Below the pieces are notes generated by a model. It worked only from the letters and a program-made list of their open reading frames with translations. It ran no database searches and had not been told where the DNA came from. A stretch of 48,574 bases of DNA from Thermodesulfobacteriota bacterium (GTDB taxonomy: Bacteria; Desulfobacterota; SM23-61). Shown here in pieces: positions 43,432 to 48,574 of this stretch (its first letter is position 1; each line of letters begins with the position of its first letter). The stretch covers positions 1 to 48,574 of the forward strand of contig DASPRR010000337.1 of NCBI GenBank assembly GCA_035624375.1, in the 5' to 3' direction. Both the position numbers and the translations under genes were made by a program.

Positions 43432-43970
43432 TCAGCTTAACCATCGCGCGAAAATACGCCAAGGCCCTGCTGGACGTCGGACGGAGAGAGAGGAGTCACG
43501 AACTTCTGGGGAAGGATTTGGATAAACTGTGGGGGCTTCTGCAGGAAAATAAGGAACTGAGGACAGTCCTCTTCAGCCCTTTCTACCCGGCCCCCCGGAG
43601 GAAGGCGATCGCCCGAAGCGTCGGTGAATCTTTAGCCCTATCTAAATCGGTCCTTGATTTTCTCAACCTGCTCATCGAGCGGGACCGGATGGACCATTTC
43701 CCCTCCATCGTCAAGTCCTACGAAGAACTCTGCGATGAGGTTTCGAATCGTCTGCGGGCTTCCCTGGCCTCGCCGGAGATACTTCCTTCCCAGCTTGTGG
43801 GTGAGATCCAGACCCAACTGGAATCCACAACCGGGAAAGAAGTGATCCTTTCCACCCTGGAAGACCCTTCGCTGATCGGGGGCGTGGTAACCAAAATCGG
43901 AAACATCATTTATGACGGGAGCCTCAAAACCCAGCTTTTGAAGGCCAAAGAGAACCTATACAAGGAGTGA
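43428..43970 (+). CDS. atpH: F-type ATP synthase subunit delta (OSCP)
   Basis: IARKYAKALLDV...LIGGVVTKIGNIIYDGSLKTQL, the OSCP pattern. Confidence 0.9.
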   Translation: MISLTIARKYAKALLDVGRRERSHELLGKDLDKLWGLLQENKELRTVLFSPFYPAPRRKAIARSVGESLALSKSVLDFLNLLIERDRMDHFPSIVKSYEELCDEVSNRLRASLASPEILPSQLVGEIQTQLESTTGKEVILSTLEDPSLIGGVVTKIGNIIYDGSLKTQLLKAKENLYKE

Positions 43971-43976
43971 GCCAAG

Positions 43977-45494
43977 ATGGCCGTACAGATTAAAGCCGAC
44001 GAGATTACCGAGATCATCCGTAGTCAAATTCAGGGATTTGACCGGAAGCTGGATGTGGCCGAGACCGGGATCATTCTTTCTGTGGGGGATGGGATTGCCC
44101 GGGTCTACGGCCTGGAAGGGGTCATGGCCGGGGAACTTCTGGAATTTCCCCATGGGGTTTTCGGAATGGCCCTCAACCTGGAACAGGACAACGTGGGAGC
44201 CGTTCTCTTCGGCGAGGACAAGCTCATCAAAGAAGGGGACATGGTCAAGAGAACCAAACGGATTTCCCAGGTTCCCGTGGGAGATGAGCTCATCGGACGG
44301 GTGGTGAACTCCCTGGGCCAGCCCATCGACGAAGGCCCGCCGGTTGAGGCCAAGCATTTCGTGAACATCGAGCAGAAGGCTCCGGGAATCGTGGTCCGCC
44401 AGCCGGTGAAAGAGCCGCTCCAAACCGGCCTCAAGGCCGTTGATTCCATGATTCCCATCGGGCGGGGTCAACGGGAATTGATCATCGGAGACCGGGGCAC
44501 CGGGAAAACGGCGCTGGCGGTGGACGCGATCATCAACCAGAAGGGGTCCGGGGTCTACTGCTTCTACGTGGCCATCGGACAGAAACGGTCCACCGTGGCC
44601 CGGGTGGTCGATGTCCTAAAAAAGTACGGGGCCATGGAGTACACCACGGTCGTAGCGGCCACCGCTTCCGACCCGGCGCCCATGCAGTACATCGCCCCCT
44701 ACGCCGGCTGCGCCATGGGGGAGTACTTCCGGGATTCGGGAAAACATGCCCTCTGTATCTACGACGACCTGTCCAAGCACGCCCAGGCCTACCGGCAGAT
44801 CTCTCTCCTCCTGCGCCGTCCGCCCGGGCGGGAAGCCTATCCCGGGGACATCTTCTATCTCCATTCCCGGCTCCTGGAGAGGGCGGCCAAGATGCGCGAT
44901 GACCTGGGAGGCGGGTCCCTGACCGCTCTGCCGATCATCGAGACGCAGGCGGGCGACGTTTCGGCCTACATTCCCACCAACGTCATTTCCATCACTGACG
45001 GGCAAATCTACCTGGAGTCGGAGCTCTTTTACTCCGGGGTCCGGCCGGCCATCAACGTGGGACTATCGGTCTCCCGGGTGGGGGGCAACGCCCAAATCAA
45101 AGCGATGAAACAGGTCGCCGGAAGCCTCCGCCTGGACCTGGCCCAATACCGGGAGATGGCTGCTTTCGCCCAGTTCGGAAGCGACTTGGACAAAGCCACC
45201 CAGGCCCAACTGGCCCGGGGGTCCCGGCTGGTGGAAATTCTCAAGCAGCCCCAGTACCGCCCTATTCCCGTGGAAAAGCAGATCCTGATCATTTTTACCG
45301 GGACGAACGGGTTCCTGGACGGCTATCCGGAAAGCGCCTTGGCACGTTATGAAAAGGATCTTTTTGAGTTCGTGGATAAACAGTACTCGGCGGTTCTCAC
45401 AGACATCCGCCAGAAGCGGACGATTGACGCCGAACTGGAGAAAAAGGTGAAAGACCTCCTGGAGGAGTTTAAAGGAAAGTTCAAGGCGGAGTAA
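43977..45494 (+). CDS. atpA: F-type ATP synthase subunit alpha
   Basis: GDRGTGKTA Walker A. 505 aa, highly conserved alpha sequence. Confidence 0.98.
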   Translation: MAVQIKADEITEIIRSQIQGFDRKLDVAETGIILSVGDGIARVYGLEGVMAGELLEFPHGVFGMALNLEQDNVGAVLFGEDKLIKEGDMVKRTKRISQVPVGDELIGRVVNSLGQPIDEGPPVEAKHFVNIEQKAPGIVVRQPVKEPLQTGLKAVDSMIPIGRGQRELIIGDRGTGKTALAVDAIINQKGSGVYCFYVAIGQKRSTVARVVDVLKKYGAMEYTTVVAATASDPAPMQYIAPYAGCAMGEYFRDSGKHALCIYDDLSKHAQAYRQISLLLRRPPGREAYPGDIFYLHSRLLERAAKMRDDLGGGSLTALPIIETQAGDVSAYIPTNVISITDGQIYLESELFYSGVRPAINVGLSVSRVGGNAQIKAMKQVAGSLRLDLAQYREMAAFAQFGSDLDKATQAQLARGSRLVEILKQPQYRPIPVEKQILIIFTGTNGFLDGYPESALARYEKDLFEFVDKQYSAVLTDIRQKRTIDAELEKKVKDLLEEFKGKFKAE

Positions 45495-45500
45495 CCAGCC

Positions 45501-46409
45501 ATGCCGAAAGCCAGCCTTCGCGATATCCGCAAACGCATTGCCAGCGTTCGATCGACCCGGCAGATCACCAAAGCCATGAAGATGGTAGCGGCGGCCAAAC
45601 TGCGGCGGGCCCAGGAAAACATTTTGGCAACCCGTCCTTACGCCGCCAAGATGCTCGAGGTCCTCCGCAGCCTGGCGGCCCGGACTTCCCCGGATGCCCA
45701 TCCTTTATTATACCGGAGGGAACCCAGACGGATCGAACTTGTGGTCATCACCTCGGACCGCGGCCTCTGCGGGGCCTTCAACATGAACCTCATCCAGAAG
45801 GCCGAGCGCTTCGTGGAAGAGGAGAAGACGGGCGCTGAGAGCTTGACCCTTTCTTTTATCGGCCGGAAGGGCCGGGATTATTTTCGCAAAAAAAAGGTAA
45901 CCATCCGCCAGGAGTATATCAACCTTTTCGGAAAGGTGGACTATCCTCTGGCAGCCCGCATCGGGCAAGACCTGGGGAAGTCCTACGTGGCGGACCGGGT
46001 GGATGCCATCTATCTCCTCTATAGCGAATTCAAGTCGGCCATCCAGCAGCGGGTGGTTCTGGAGAAGGTCCTGCCGCTGGCCCCCGGCCTCCTGAAAGAA
46101 GCGGAAAAGGGGAAAGAAATATCCCCGGCGACCGCCGGTACCGCGGCTGCCGTGGATTACATCTATGAGCCTTCGGAAGTGGAGATCCTTGGGAAAATCC
46201 TTCCCATGTACGTGGAAGTGCAGGTGTACCGGGCCCTGCTGGAATCCGTGGCCTCCGAGTTCGGGGCCCGGATGACGGCCATGGAAAACGCCACCAATAA
46301 CGCCGGGGAGATGATCGACAAGCTCACCCTGGTTTACAACAAGGCCCGCCAGGCGGCGATCACCAAGGAGCTGATCGAGATCGTCAGCGGGGCCGAGGCG
46401 CTGAAATAG
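45501..46409 (+). CDS. atpG: F-type ATP synthase subunit gamma
   Basis: IRKRIASVRSTRQITKAMKMVAAAKLRRAQ...ITKELIEIVSGAEAL. Confidence 0.96.
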   Translation: MPKASLRDIRKRIASVRSTRQITKAMKMVAAAKLRRAQENILATRPYAAKMLEVLRSLAARTSPDAHPLLYRREPRRIELVVITSDRGLCGAFNMNLIQKAERFVEEEKTGAESLTLSFIGRKGRDYFRKKKVTIRQEYINLFGKVDYPLAARIGQDLGKSYVADRVDAIYLLYSEFKSAIQQRVVLEKVLPLAPGLLKEAEKGKEISPATAGTAAAVDYIYEPSEVEILGKILPMYVEVQVYRALLESVASEFGARMTAMENATNNAGEMIDKLTLVYNKARQAAITKELIEIVSGAEALK

Positions 46410-46471
46410 AAAAGAAGCGGTCAGCGCTCAGCCAAAAGAAGAGGAGCCGATTTTTCGCTGATAGCTTGTGA

Positions 46472-47899
<1,428 letters not shown>

Positions 47900-47909
47900 G
47901 GAAGCGGCC

Positions 47910-48326
47910 GTGGATAAGACTTTCCTGCTCGAGATTGTCACCCCATACGGTTTAATTGTCAGCTCCAAAGTGGAGGAGGTATACATCCCGGGGAGTCAGG
48001 GAGATATGGATGTTCTCCCGGGACATGCCCCTCTCATCACTTCTCTAAGAGTGGGAGAGCTGCACTATAAGCAGGAGAAAGAGGTCCACTACCTGGCCAT
48101 CAACCGGGGATTTGCCGAGGTCACTCCGGCCCGGACCACGATCCTGGTGGATACAGCGGAGCCTGCTGTTGAGATCGATGTGACTCGAGCCCGGGCGGCC
48201 CAAGCCCGGGCTGAGGAGAGGCTGAAAAACCTCACTCCCAGAGACCCGAGCTACCCCCAGGAGCAGGAAGCCCTGGAGCGGGCAAGGGTGAGACTGCGGG
48301 TCGCCGAGAAGGCTCCCCGGGAATAG
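47910..48326 (+). CDS. atpC: F-type ATP synthase subunit epsilon
   Basis: FLLEIVTPYGLIVSSKVEEVYIPGSQGDMDVLPGHAPLITSLRVGEL. GTG 47910 (GAGGAA 7 nt upstream) is preferred over the track start at 47853, which lies inside atpD. Confidence 0.9.
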   Translation: MDKTFLLEIVTPYGLIVSSKVEEVYIPGSQGDMDVLPGHAPLITSLRVGELHYKQEKEVHYLAINRGFAEVTPARTTILVDTAEPAVEIDVTRARAAQARAEERLKNLTPRDPSYPQEQEALERARVRLRVAEKAPRE

Positions 48327-48416
48327 GACTGTCCTCAAGGTTTCAGGAAAAGACTTCCCGCGGGCGTTCGCCCGACCTGGGGGTTCACTTCCGACTGATT
48401 CAGCCTTCTGCTCGGT

Positions 48417-48574
48417 ATGGGGAATTGGTTCAAGATTGGGGTAGCCCTGGGAGGGGGAGGGGCCAGAGGGCTAGCCCACCTGGGGGTCCTGTGCGCCCTG
48501 GAGCGGGAGAGGATTTCCTTCGACCTCCTGACGGGCACCTCCATGGGAGCCTTGGTCGGCGGAATGTATGCGCT
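48417..48574 (+). CDS. Patatin-like phospholipase family protein; 5' part only, continues beyond the window
   Basis: Own translation: [52 protein letters not shown]. It carries the GGGxRG oxyanion motif and the GxSxG lipase motif. Confidence 0.85.
   Translation, partial: MGNWFKIGVALGGGGARGLAHLGVLCALERERISFDLLTGTSMGALVGGMYA

Noticed and set aside
48335-48544. 69-aa minus-strand ORF at the right edge of the window.
   Set aside because: It lies antisense to a clear patatin-like N-terminus (GGGxRG and GxSxG motifs) on the + strand.

Overview
Bacterial chromosomal window, almost fully coding. Hand counts on 120-nt samples give about 52-54% G+C in livH and mnmG. I recognised no rRNA, tRNA, CRISPR array, transposase or integrase.

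Left third: a partial acyl-CoA ligase and an orphan Liv-type binding protein. Then the conserved ffh-rpsP-KH-rimM-trmD-rplS-rnhB-yraN cluster, an amidohydrolase and a Nudix-like gene. Then a livHMGF-type ABC importer with its binding protein and a 3-hydroxyacyl-CoA dehydrogenase.

Middle: on the minus strand, dnaJ, a DUF47/PiT phosphate-transporter pair, glpA-glpB-glpC (anaerobic glycerol-3-phosphate dehydrogenase) and a HAD-IIA phosphatase. These are followed by a three-gene ABC importer and an argininosuccinate-lyase family gene on the plus strand, then a short LarA-like gene remnant, a DASS anion transporter and a second acyl-CoA ligase on the minus strand.

Right third: a lower-GC block (about 42-49% in hand-counted samples) holding an orphan coiled-coil lipoprotein and an AAA+/DUF4143 ATPase. 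Then an origin-proximal-type cluster mnmG-rsmG-parA-parB with a perfect parS, a bactofilin gene, the ATP synthase genes b'-b-delta-alpha-gamma-beta-epsilon, and a partial patatin-like gene.

Most notable observations:
1. The bactofilin gene directly after parAB has no canonical start codon upstream of its conserved domain and appears to initiate at CTG behind a strong RBS.
2. The ATPase-bearing segment of about 2 kb is bracketed by direct repeats of the mnmG upstream region. One copy is split by a 225-bp insert carrying inverted repeats.
3. Several intergenic regions contain a recurring architecture: a short word repeated in tandem and again as inverted copies, forming long hairpins. Each site uses a different word.

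I could not identify a clear multi-gene novel system. All functional readings below the level of family assignment are inference.
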